Under the pieces are notes generated by a model, which saw only the letters and a program-made list of their open reading frames with translations, had not been told where the DNA came from and did not search any database. Position numbers and translations under genes: made by a program. Positions 49,666 to 58,481 of a DNA stretch of 60,345 bases are shown here, piece by piece. Each line of letters starts with the position of its first letter. The first letter of the stretch is position 1. The stretch comes from a virus. Taxonomy: Duplodnaviria; Caudoviricetes. The stretch lies in IMG/VR virus record IMGVR_UViG_3300006071_000014, positions 1 to 60,345 of that record. One strand, written 5' to 3'.

Positions 49666-50688
49666 ATGACACAAAAACGTATCGGCTTTTGCTGCAAATG
49701 GATTGACACCGTGGATCAACTTGATGGCTTTAAGCCCAAAGATGATGCACTCCTTTACAACAACAAGACCACTACGGTGGCTTGGTTAAACCGCCAGACC
49801 AAGGCAGTTGCTGAGCAACGTTTGTGGGATATCATGGAGCATAATACAGATGCCACATTACGATTGGTCACCCGTGTTGGAAAACTTGCACCAGAATTAC
49901 GAATGGTACGCCTTAGTAGCGACATACTTCCTGTTTACACTGAGCCAACTTGGAGCCATTTCTGGACTGATAAACACCTTCGTGAAACCATCGCAAAGCG
50001 ACTGGCCAAAGTTGGAGAGGCTGCTAAACGTCTCGATGTTAGGGTCAGTTTTCATCCTGGCCAATTTTGCGTCCTTGCTAGTGACAGAGAAAGTGTTGTT
50101 CAAAATTCAATTGCTGAATTTGAATATCATGCTGACTTGGCTCGTTGGATGGGTTTTGGTTCTAGTTGGCATGATCACGGTTTTAAAATCAATGTGCATA
50201 TTAGCGGCAAGGGCGGTCCGTTGGCTATACGAACCGTATTCAACCGCCTCTCGCCCGAAGCTAGAAATCTCATCACAATAGAAAACGAGGAATATACACA
50301 TGGACTTGATGCTTGTCTCACTTTGGGTGATATCTTGCCTATCGTTTTTGATACTCATCATCACTGGATTCATTCGGGAGAATACATCTCTCCAACTGAC
50401 GACCGTATTAAAATGGTCAAGGATAGTTGGAGGGGTGTCCGCCCTTCTCTTCATTACTCTCTTAGTCGTGAATCTATGGGTATCGCTGATGTTTCTAGAC
50501 CTGACCTATCCACACTAATGGAAAGTGGTCACAAGAAAGGCACACTTCGTGCGCATAGTGACTTTATGTGGAATAGTGCGGTCAATCAATATGTTGGCGA
50601 ATTGTGGAATGACTTTGATATCCAAGTAGAAGCTAAGGCAAAAAACCTTGCTAGTCAAAAACTGTATGATGAATTAAAAATATATTGA
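49666..50688 (+). CDS. uvsE: UV-damage endonuclease
   Basis: RIGFCCK, RLSSDILP, SFHPGQF, ITIENEE, DTHHHW, RAHSD, EAKAKNLA. Confidence 0.9.
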   Translation: MTQKRIGFCCKWIDTVDQLDGFKPKDDALLYNNKTTTVAWLNRQTKAVAEQRLWDIMEHNTDATLRLVTRVGKLAPELRMVRLSSDILPVYTEPTWSHFWTDKHLRETIAKRLAKVGEAAKRLDVRVSFHPGQFCVLASDRESVVQNSIAEFEYHADLARWMGFGSSWHDHGFKINVHISGKGGPLAIRTVFNRLSPEARNLITIENEEYTHGLDACLTLGDILPIVFDTHHHWIHSGEYISPTDDRIKMVKDSWRGVRPSLHYSLSRESMGIADVSRPDLSTLMESGHKKGTLRAHSDFMWNSAVNQYVGELWNDFDIQVEAKAKNLASQKLYDELKIY

Positions 50689-50729
50689 CATAATTGCTGC
50701 ACTGCGGTATAAATATATGCAGTGCAGTA
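50685..50729 (+). promoter_or_regulatory. Promoter flanked by inverted TGC-rich boxes (PhaR-like operators)
   Basis: TTGACA-N17-TATAAATA with TGCTGCACTGC / GCAGTGCAGTA arms. Confidence 0.55.
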
Positions 50730-50741
50730 AAGGAACACACA

Positions 50742-50795
50742 ATGTGGCCATATACAGAAGATGAATTAATCATCATTAACCAAGGAACAAAATAA
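50742..50795 (+). CDS. 17-aa leader peptide MWPYTEDELIIINQGTK
   Basis: AAGGA RBS; TAATG overlap with the next gene. Confidence 0.4.
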   Translation: MWPYTEDELIIINQGTK

Positions 50796-51004
50796 TGTTT
50801 GACAGCGAAAAGTTTATTGATACCGTGCAAAGCACAAAGAAGACAATGGTTAAGACCCTTGTTCAGAATGATACTATTGCAAAAAGCCTGAATGATTTTA
50901 TTGATGCGCAAACTGCGTATACTAAAGAAGCCGTTAAGGCAACTGCAAGTGCTATGGGAATTATCTCTAGCGAACTTACAAAATCATTCGCTCCAAAGAA
51001 ATAA
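50795..51004 (+). CDS. Phasin-like small amphipathic helical protein
   Basis: FIDTVQ..KK..V...LNDFIDAQTAYTK; PhaR-like boxes upstream. Confidence 0.5.
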   Translation: MFDSEKFIDTVQSTKKTMVKTLVQNDTIAKSLNDFIDAQTAYTKEAVKATASAMGIISSELTKSFAPKK

Positions 51005-51067
51005 TTTGACATTTTAATTTAAATGTCATATTATAGATAGTAAATATCTACAAAGGAGAGATAATCG

Positions 51068-51475
51068 ATGAATGCTATTATTGTATTGTTTGGACTTGCT
51101 GTTCTTGTTGCAGTAATTTACAAACTAATTAATCATAAAGACAAGACACCAGAGGTTGATCCTCTAGATAAGTTAGAAGCAGAAGCCAAGGCAAATTTGG
51201 CAGAAGCAGAAAAGGCAGTAGCGGCAAAAATGAACGAAGTATTGCATGTTGCTGAAACTGCCGCTGAAACACCAAAGGCAATTACTAAGCCAGAAAGCAT
51301 GAGTGATGCTGAATGGGCAATGAATGATTTGAATCCAAACAAGGTTCAAGTAGCCCCAGTTGTTGTAACAGCAGATACGCCAGCAGAAACAACGGTAGCA
51401 CCAGAAGTAGCACCAGTTAAGAAGCCTCGTGCTAAGAAGACTGCTGCGCCAAAGGCACCAAAGAAGGCAAAGTAA
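51068..51475 (+). CDS. Membrane-anchored protein with Lys/Ala/Pro-rich tail
   Basis: N-terminal TM; KKPRAKKTAAPKAPKKAK; AAGGAG RBS. Confidence 0.7.
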   Translation: MNAIIVLFGLAVLVAVIYKLINHKDKTPEVDPLDKLEAEAKANLAEAEKAVAAKMNEVLHVAETAAETPKAITKPESMSDAEWAMNDLNPNKVQVAPVVVTADTPAETTVAPEVAPVKKPRAKKTAAPKAPKKAK

Positions 51476-51530
51476 TTAAGAACCTGCGGCATCGGCAGTC
51501 GGAATTTCGCCAAAACTAAGGATGTCCGTT

Positions 51531-51560
51531 AAAAAGACCGCTGTGAAGCGGTCTTTTTTC
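51531..51560 (+). terminator. Intrinsic (bidirectional) terminator
   Basis: AAAAAGACCGCT-GTGA-AGCGGTCTTTTTT. Confidence 0.88.
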
Positions 51561-51604
51561 TTCTTGACAATCCTAAAATCTGTGTTATATTAAGAATATA
51601 AGTA

Positions 51605-51799
51605 ATGGAGAAAGTCATGAATATGTTTGCTGGTTTGGTTCTTCTTTTTCATCCAACTGATTCATTAATTGCTGCACTGAATGTGTTGAATAGATGTGAT
51701 CCTAATGTGCTTGAGAAACCAGATGCTGTTCGTGTAGCAAAGTTAAAAATTGCCCGTGAATTAATTCGTCGTGGCGTTGTGTTTTGGGAAGGGAATTAA
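51605..51799 (+). CDS. Small hypothetical protein
   Basis: Follows a TTGACA..TATATT promoter; GGAG favours the second ATG. Confidence 0.5.
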   Translation: MEKVMNMFAGLVLLFHPTDSLIAALNVLNRCDPNVLEKPDAVRVAKLKIARELIRRGVVFWEGN

Positions 51800-51802
51800 T
51801 TT

Positions 51803-52027
51803 ATGGATAATGTCATTGACTGTGGAAATATGTTTATTAACATGCGTATGATGACGATGGTAAAACGTTATCTACGTGATAGTGGCAAGGACAGTGAAGC
51901 CACCGTTGAGTTTTATCCTGATGAAGGTAGTCCAACTGGTATTGGTTTGATACTCGTTGATAGAAACGGTCATTCTAGAAAAATTAGTAACGATATCATT
52001 AATAATTTATTGACGAAAGTATCGTAA
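51803..52027 (+). CDS. Small hypothetical protein
   Basis: 74-aa ORF. Confidence 0.5.
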   Translation: MDNVIDCGNMFINMRMMTMVKRYLRDSGKDSEATVEFYPDEGSPTGIGLILVDRNGHSRKISNDIINNLLTKVS

Positions 52028-52061
52028 CCATATATAATAATATCAATAATCGGAGAACAAA

Positions 52062-53096
52062 TTGTCAAAGAACGTATTAGTTACGGGTGGTGCAGGTTTT
52101 ATCGCTACCCATGTTATAGACCATATCCTTAAAACTACTGACTGGAATATTATTAGTCTTGATCGTTTAGATTTTAGCGGCAATCTTAACCGCCTAAACG
52201 ATATGATGCAAGACCATAGCCCACAAACACGAGCACGTGTAAAGGTAATCTTTCATGATCTTAAGGCGGAAATTAACCCCCTTACGAAGACTCGTATTGG
52301 TCATGTTGATATTATTCTTCACCTTGCCGCTGGCAGTCACGTGGATCGTAGTATCGATTATCCAATGGAATTCGTCATGGATAATGTGGTTGGAACTTGC
52401 AATATCCTTGAGTTTGCTCGTAAGTGTGATAATCTAGAACGCTTTGTATATTTCTCAACTGATGAAGTATTTGGTCCTGCACCCGTTGGCGTGAACTATG
52501 GTGAATATGATCGCTATAACAGCGGCAATCCATATAGCGCAGCCAAAGCGGGTGGTGAAGAACTTGCAGTGGCATATGAAAATACCTATGGTCTGCCTGT
52601 CTATGTAACGCATACTATGAACGTATTTGGTGAGCGTCAGCATCCAGAGAAGTTCATTCCTATGTGTATCCGCAAGGCTCGTGACGGTGAAACCATTACG
52701 GTTCATAGCGACAAGACACGCACTATTCCTGGCTCACGTCACTATATCCATGCAAAGGATGTTGCCGAAGCCCTAATGTTCATTCTTGATCTCAAGGATT
52801 TCACAATGCCGCCAGAGTTTGGTGGAGCAAAGTGTCCTAAGTTTAACATCGTTGGTAAGCAAGAGATTAACAATCTTGAATTGGCACAGATTATTGCTGA
52901 TAGTCAAGACAAGCCTCTTAACTATGAAATGGTTGATTTCCATTCTAGCCGTCCTGGTCATGATCTTCGCTATTCACTAAGTGGTGATTTTATGAAGTCA
53001 CTTGGTTGGGAACCTAAGATTGAACTTACCGAACGCATCAAGCAAGTTGTTGATTGGACTCTCGCTCGTCCAGATTGGTTGAACCTTGATGTCTAA
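52062..53096 (+). CDS. NDP-sugar (dTDP-glucose-like) 4,6-dehydratase
   Basis: VTGGAGFI, HLAAGSHVDRSI, STDEVFG, YSAAK, QHPEKFIP, RPGHDLRY. Confidence 0.9.
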   Translation: MSKNVLVTGGAGFIATHVIDHILKTTDWNIISLDRLDFSGNLNRLNDMMQDHSPQTRARVKVIFHDLKAEINPLTKTRIGHVDIILHLAAGSHVDRSIDYPMEFVMDNVVGTCNILEFARKCDNLERFVYFSTDEVFGPAPVGVNYGEYDRYNSGNPYSAAKAGGEELAVAYENTYGLPVYVTHTMNVFGERQHPEKFIPMCIRKARDGETITVHSDKTRTIPGSRHYIHAKDVAEALMFILDLKDFTMPPEFGGAKCPKFNIVGKQEINNLELAQIIADSQDKPLNYEMVDFHSSRPGHDLRYSLSGDFMKSLGWEPKIELTERIKQVVDWTLARPDWLNLDV

Positions 53097-53829
53097 GAAG
53101 AAAGCAGTTTCTAAAAAGTATGGGGTGTTCATCACCAGTGCTATCAATGCTAAGTTTTCAATCTATAAGCCAGAAGAACGACTTGCTCAGACGCTAGAAA
53201 CTATTAAAAGTGTTCGTGATCGTATTCCAAATGCTGTTATTTGCTTGACAGATTGCAGCCAACCTGGTATAAGTGATGATGTAAAGGCTCAACTTGTAGA
53301 ACATGTTGATCACTTTGTAGATTTCAGTACGGATGAAAACGTAGTATGGATTCATGATACCATCGAAGTGCAAGATATTGTTAAGAATCTAACTGAACTT
53401 TCAGTAGTTCATAGTTTCTTTGAAATGGCACAGGAAGAAGGTTGGTTTGAGGGCTGTGATCGTATCTTCAAGGTAAGTGGTCGTTATATGCTTACTGATA
53501 CGTTTAACACCGCAGATTATGAGAACGATATCGTTGGCGACAAGTATGTTGTTTCCAAGCGTATGTTAAGTCAGTTTGTGCCAGGTATTACTGGTGTAGA
53601 TCAACAGCATATGTTGCGTGTTTATAGTTTTGGTGGCAATCGTATTCCAGAGTTTATTCTACTTCTTGAAGACATGGTTGAACATATGCAAGACCGTGTT
53701 AATGCCGGTGGATATATAGATATTGAACATCTTTGGTATAAGTTCTTGCCAAAGGCGGATGTAGTAGAGTTTGCCCGAACTGGTGTTAAAGGTTTAGTAG
53801 CACCAAATGGACAAGCAATAGAAAATTGA
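53089..53829 (+). CDS. Glycosyltransferase-like hypothetical protein
   Basis: ITSAI..ERLAQTLETIKS..FKVSGRY..DIEH. Confidence 0.5.
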   Translation: MSKKKAVSKKYGVFITSAINAKFSIYKPEERLAQTLETIKSVRDRIPNAVICLTDCSQPGISDDVKAQLVEHVDHFVDFSTDENVVWIHDTIEVQDIVKNLTELSVVHSFFEMAQEEGWFEGCDRIFKVSGRYMLTDTFNTADYENDIVGDKYVVSKRMLSQFVPGITGVDQQHMLRVYSFGGNRIPEFILLLEDMVEHMQDRVNAGGYIDIEHLWYKFLPKADVVEFARTGVKGLVAPNGQAIEN

Positions 53830-53834
53830 GTTAT

Positions 53835-53910
53835 TGGGGAGTGGTATAATTGGCAATACGCCTGACTTTGACTCAGGAGATTCCAGGTTCGATCCCTGGC
53901 TCCCCAACCA
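53835..53910 (+). tRNA. tRNA-Gln(UUG)
   Basis: TGGGGAG/CTCCCCA-ACCA; CCTGA-CTTTGAC-TCAGG; TTCGATC. Confidence 0.93.
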
Positions 53911-53986
53911 CTACAAAAAACAGTAAAGTGCCAATATTTTGACACCCTTGTAATTACTAAATAATATTAGTTACAAGGGTATTATT

Positions 53987-54436
53987 ATGTGTAAAATTAG
54001 CGCAATTTGTGTATTTTTAATGACAGTTCCTACACTTGCACACGCAAGTGACATGACATTTGCATTTAAAAACCCGCAATTTAGTGGTGATGGATTCTCT
54101 AGTCATGTATTGACTATTGAAAACGAGGAATATACTCGTCGTCAATCTCTTGCTGCTCAGAAAAAAGCAGATGCAGATGCAGCCGCAGCAGCGGCTAGTA
54201 ACACCAATTTAAATAAATTTCTCAACAATCTGGAAAGCCGCATCTACGCACAGTTAAGTTTGCAACTTAGCAATGCTATGTTTAGCGATGGATCAACTAC
54301 TGGAACTATGCAATTTGAAGGCAGCACTATCTCTTGGATCAAGGATAGCACTGCTCAGACTATCGCCTTAACGGTAATTGATGCTACTGGCAATCGTACA
54401 GATATCACAGTTCCAATAGGGAGTTTCAAGTTCTAA
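53987..54436 (+). CDS. csgF: Curli assembly protein CsgF-like
   Basis: Signal peptide, FAFKNPQFSGDG, FLNNLESRIYAQLS, TDITVP. Confidence 0.75.
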   Translation: MCKISAICVFLMTVPTLAHASDMTFAFKNPQFSGDGFSSHVLTIENEEYTRRQSLAAQKKADADAAAAAASNTNLNKFLNNLESRIYAQLSLQLSNAMFSDGSTTGTMQFEGSTISWIKDSTAQTIALTVIDATGNRTDITVPIGSFKF

Positions 54437-55257
54437 TGTATAAATTTATCGTATCAATGATTATAACCACGTTACTGGCAGCATGTAGCACTGTGCAGCC
54501 ATATGAAGCAAAAGTACCAACAGCAGCAAGCAATATGCCGCAGAAGGTAACAAAGAGTTATTATAATGAATTAGCAAATATGCCACCACCAGATGGGCAA
54601 CCAATTACTATTGCTATGTATGGGTTTGGTGATAAAACTGGACAGCGTAAAGAAAACGATAAGTTTTCTGTGTTAAGCAGTGCTGTCACACAAGGCGGAG
54701 AAGTATTTCTTATTAAGGCGTTGCAAGATGCAGGTCATAGTAAATGGTTCCAAGTTGTAGAACGTGTTGGCTTAGATGATCTTATTAAAGAGCGTCAATT
54801 AATTCGCAACCAACGTGAAACCTATGAAGGAAAAGATGCTAAGCCGTTATCACCAATGCTTATTGCTGGTGTTATGGTGGAGGGTGGTATCGTAGGTTAC
54901 GATACTAATGTACAAAGTGGTGGCAATGGCGCTGCCATGTTAGGAATAGGCGTAAATCAACAATATAGAACCGACGAGGTTACTGTGATTGTAAGATTGA
55001 TAAGTGTTCATACTGGTGAAGTATTAATCTCTGCTGGTGCCACAAAAACAATCTTAAGCACAGGCGGAAGTGGCACAGTGGTCACTTTTTTAGACCAGAG
55101 CACGATGAGTTTACAAGTCGAATCTGGTGCAAATGTCAACGAACCCACCACATATGCCGTGCGTCTGGCAACAGAAGCAGCGGTTGTGGATATGATCAAA
55201 CAGGGTGTTCAAAAGAATTTGTGGAGTTACGCGACTCTTAAAAAGAAGGCGTCGTAA
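54436..55257 (+). CDS. csgG: Curli secretion channel CsgG/HfaB lipoprotein
   Basis: Lipobox LAAC, DKTGQRK, SAVTQG, WFQVVERVGL, EGGIVGYDTN, NEP. Confidence 0.88.
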   Translation: MYKFIVSMIITTLLAACSTVQPYEAKVPTAASNMPQKVTKSYYNELANMPPPDGQPITIAMYGFGDKTGQRKENDKFSVLSSAVTQGGEVFLIKALQDAGHSKWFQVVERVGLDDLIKERQLIRNQRETYEGKDAKPLSPMLIAGVMVEGGIVGYDTNVQSGGNGAAMLGIGVNQQYRTDEVTVIVRLISVHTGEVLISAGATKTILSTGGSGTVVTFLDQSTMSLQVESGANVNEPTTYAVRLATEAAVVDMIKQGVQKNLWSYATLKKKAS

Positions 55258-55279
55258 AACTCCTTAAAGGAGTAGGCAG

Positions 55280-55966
55280 TTGAAAAACTTTATGAAAGCC
55301 GCAATTAGTATTGTGGGTATTATGCTGGCAAGTCAAAGTTTTGCTGGTACGATTAACAATGTTTATATCGACCAGGTTGGTAGCGGAAGCACTATCACAC
55401 TAAATCAACAAGGGTCAAATAACGAAATTGGTAACGACACTACCGCAACTACCTTACACGGAAATGGACAAACAGTAAGCATTTCACAAGTTGGTAGTAA
55501 TAATACGCATGTTATCAATGTCCAAGGAACCAATACCACTTTAAATAGTGTTGTAACTGGTGATAATAATAATACAACGGTTGCGTGTGGCGCTGCTCCA
55601 AGCAGCAGTTGTACTGATACTGCTATTACCGCTAATGTCACAGGTAATACCAACAACACAAATATTACTGCTGGTTCTAAAAGCACAATTACTGCAGTTG
55701 TTGCTGGCAGCACTAACAATACTACAATTAACAGCACCACTACAAACCTAATGGGCGCTGGCGTTGATGTCAAAGAAACTGGCGATACAAACGTGGTAAA
55801 TATAAGTCAGAACGGACCAGCAGGTGCTAATGGCTTTGTGTCAAAAGTTGAAGTAACTGGTGCGAGCAACAACGTGGCGGTGACTCAAAGTGGCACAACT
55901 GATAGCACAGTCAATATTAAGAGCACTGGTTCTAATAACAGTATTTCTGTTACCAGCGGCAACTAA
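55280..55966 (+). CDS. Curlin-like repeat protein
   Basis: Signal peptide; YIDQVG and QxGxxN repeats. Confidence 0.7.
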   Translation: MKNFMKAAISIVGIMLASQSFAGTINNVYIDQVGSGSTITLNQQGSNNEIGNDTTATTLHGNGQTVSISQVGSNNTHVINVQGTNTTLNSVVTGDNNNTTVACGAAPSSSCTDTAITANVTGNTNNTNITAGSKSTITAVVAGSTNNTTINSTTTNLMGAGVDVKETGDTNVVNISQNGPAGANGFVSKVEVTGASNNVAVTQSGTTDSTVNIKSTGSNNSISVTSGN

Positions 55967-57002
55967 TGCTGCTATCGGAACTGTTACTGAACAAACAGGT
56001 CCAACAGAAATACAACGTGAAAAACAAAGCATACCAAGTAATATAAACAGCGGCGTCGAAATGAATGACGCCGTTGTTACTGCTAAAGCAAGAGTTGGTA
56101 TTACATTTGAAGATGATACCAAGGTTGAAATAACCGAACAAAGCAAACTTGTTATTGATGATTTCGTATATGATCCTAAAAATAGTGATGCTGGCAAATT
56201 AGGACTTAAGGTTGCTATCGGAACTGCTCGTTATGCTAGCGGTCAAATTGCCAAAGATAATCCACAAAGTGTGAAGATTGAAACTCCTACTGCTACAATT
56301 GGTGTGCGTGGAACAGATTTTAGTATGACCGTTGATGAATTAGGTCGCAGTCTTATTGTGCTGTTGCCAAGTTGTCCAGTAGGTTATAAGAATATTGATA
56401 AAGACTGCATTACTGGCAAGATTGATGTGACTACCGACATGGGAACAGTGCATCTTGACAAACCATTTCAGGCAACTTCTACAAGTGCCAAAGAACAAAA
56501 TCCAACCAAGCCTGTTATTCTTAACTTAAGCACAGAACAAATCAATAATATGCTTATCCTACAACCGCCTAAGAAAGCAGCAGAAGAACAAACTACAACA
56601 AAAACTGCACTTGATGTTAATTTTCTTGATAAAGATTTCTTAAAGTTTGATGAATTGGATATAAATTATCTAACAGCATTTGACAAATTAAGTGTTAATA
56701 ATCTTGATGTTGTGTTCTTGGCTAATATGTTAGACCTTGCCAATGCTTCGTTACTAGCAAGTATGTTAGGTGGTGAAAACCAAATGCTGCCACAATATGC
56801 CCCAAACAAACAGGCAGGATTGAAGTATGTCAAGATAGATTCTTCACTCACACTATATCGTCAAGGCGGTAACAGTTATACTCAATTGACTGTAGATAAG
56901 GATAGTCCAACTACTCTTAACCTAAATCAGGATGGGGTAAATATGACACAGCATGTTCAACATCCTGGTGGCAGCGTAATAACCATCACTCAAGGAAATT
57001 AA
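55890..57002 (+). CDS. FecR-domain protein
   Basis: ITFEDDTKV, IDDFVYDP, IETPTATIGVRGTDF. Confidence 0.8.
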   Translation: MAQLIAQSILRALVLITVFLLPAATNAAIGTVTEQTGPTEIQREKQSIPSNINSGVEMNDAVVTAKARVGITFEDDTKVEITEQSKLVIDDFVYDPKNSDAGKLGLKVAIGTARYASGQIAKDNPQSVKIETPTATIGVRGTDFSMTVDELGRSLIVLLPSCPVGYKNIDKDCITGKIDVTTDMGTVHLDKPFQATSTSAKEQNPTKPVILNLSTEQINNMLILQPPKKAAEEQTTTKTALDVNFLDKDFLKFDELDINYLTAFDKLSVNNLDVVFLANMLDLANASLLASMLGGENQMLPQYAPNKQAGLKYVKIDSSLTLYRQGGNSYTQLTVDKDSPTTLNLNQDGVNMTQHVQHPGGSVITITQGN

Positions 57003-57003
57003 T

Positions 57004-57591
57004 ATGAAACGTTTGTTATTCTTACTATGGATTACACCCGTTGCTGCACAAAGTTTAAGTGCTACTAGTAGCGGACCTGGCTTATCCATGCCAACGCTAC
57101 CACGTGGATCATCTGTATATATTGACCAAGTTGGTAATGGTAATAATATATTTGTAGAACAAGTTACAGGTGGCACACCACAGGCAACCATTCTTAATCA
57201 AGGTGATAACAATAATCTAACCATCGTGCAAGAGGGTAGCGGTGATCATCAGGCATTTATAGGAACGCCACCAACTGGCATGGGATTGAATGCAACACTG
57301 AATACTAATACAAGTGCTGCTAACAATAACAATAATACACTTACTATCTTACAAAATGGTAGTGGAAATCATACTGCTGCTATTAACTTAGATGCTTCCA
57401 CATCAAATAATAATAACATTGCCACCATTACCCAAACTGGCGATGCTAATAAGAATTTTACTCTTAATCTAAGTGGAAGCGGAATTGGTGCAACCGTATT
57501 GCAAGATAATCCATTAACGCCTGATAGTGGAAGCATGAGCATACAATGTTTAACGCCGCCTTGTTCTGGATACAGTTACACAAAACATTAA
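57004..57591 (+). CDS. Second curlin-like repeat protein
   Basis: Signal peptide; VYIDQVGNGN, NQGDNN, QEGSGDH, QNGSGNH. Confidence 0.7.
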   Translation: MKRLLFLLWITPVAAQSLSATSSGPGLSMPTLPRGSSVYIDQVGNGNNIFVEQVTGGTPQATILNQGDNNNLTIVQEGSGDHQAFIGTPPTGMGLNATLNTNTSAANNNNNTLTILQNGSGNHTAAINLDASTSNNNNIATITQTGDANKNFTLNLSGSGIGATVLQDNPLTPDSGSMSIQCLTPPCSGYSYTKH

Positions 57592-57598
57592 ATATAGT

Positions 57599-58300
57599 AT
57601 GCGTTTAAGTGAAATAGAAACCACGCCACAAAAAACTGGACCAGGCTATTATGAATTATTTCGTAATGGTAAGCCAAACGATATGCACGATAATGCAAAG
57701 TTTTTTGATTCATATGATGAAGCAAAGGATTGGTATTCAAAATTTCGCATTGATTATGCCATAAAAAATAAAGGTGCCAAGCCAGAAGAGTTTGCCGTTG
57801 TTCGTGATGCTAATACATGGGAATATTTTAAGACGCTACCTTCACCAGCAAAAGAAAAAAACAATAGACTAATTGATCCAAAATATTATACAGAAGCACT
57901 AAAGTTTTGGATAGATTACTATGGCGATAGTCGTCGTGGCGCAGTTGAAATTCACGATTATAGCAATGAAGTTGATGCTATAATACAACAAGGTGGCGTG
58001 TTATATCGTGTTGTATTCCTAGAAAAATTTGAAGATTTAAATCGCACAGATTTAGGTGCGCACTGGACTGTTGATCGTGATGTTATAGATGACTATATTG
58101 AAGGCACTGGTAGATACTACAGTGAAGGTAAAGATATGTATGTTTTACTTACTGCTGAAACACCACCAAACAATATTGATAATTTAAGCGTGGATGTTCG
58201 TGGTAATCCCGAAGAAAAAGAAGTGAATATTATTAATCCACGTGCTTGCAAATTTACTGCCAAGATTATTGGCACTGATAAAGTAATACCATTAAATTAA
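57599..58300 (+). CDS. Probable virion-packaged protein with ADP-ribosyltransferase-like C-terminus
   Basis: MRLSEIE start; LYRV...HWT...PEEKEV. Confidence 0.45.
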   Translation: MRLSEIETTPQKTGPGYYELFRNGKPNDMHDNAKFFDSYDEAKDWYSKFRIDYAIKNKGAKPEEFAVVRDANTWEYFKTLPSPAKEKNNRLIDPKYYTEALKFWIDYYGDSRRGAVEIHDYSNEVDAIIQQGGVLYRVVFLEKFEDLNRTDLGAHWTVDRDVIDDYIEGTGRYYSEGKDMYVLLTAETPPNNIDNLSVDVRGNPEEKEVNIINPRACKFTAKIIGTDKVIPLN

Positions 58301-58323
58301 AATATATGTTATTATAAGAATAA

Positions 58324-58460
58324 GTGCGGCAGCGTGGATAGGACACGCATCCCTGTGATAGGGCGAAATGGAAATACGATGTAACTAGCGAGCGAGGGAA
58401 GATAAGCCCTGCGGCTCTTATAATACCAATCTAATTGTAGGTATAAATCCTACCCGCACC
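58324..58460 (+). ncRNA. tRNA-like RNA with a large insert replacing the anticodon arm
   Basis: GTGCGG/CCGCAC acceptor-like stem; D-like arm GCGTG-GATAGGA-CACGC; T-like arm GTAGG-TATAAAT-CCTAC. Confidence 0.6.
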
Positions 58461-58481
58461 TTTTTGTAATTAAGTAAAAAC

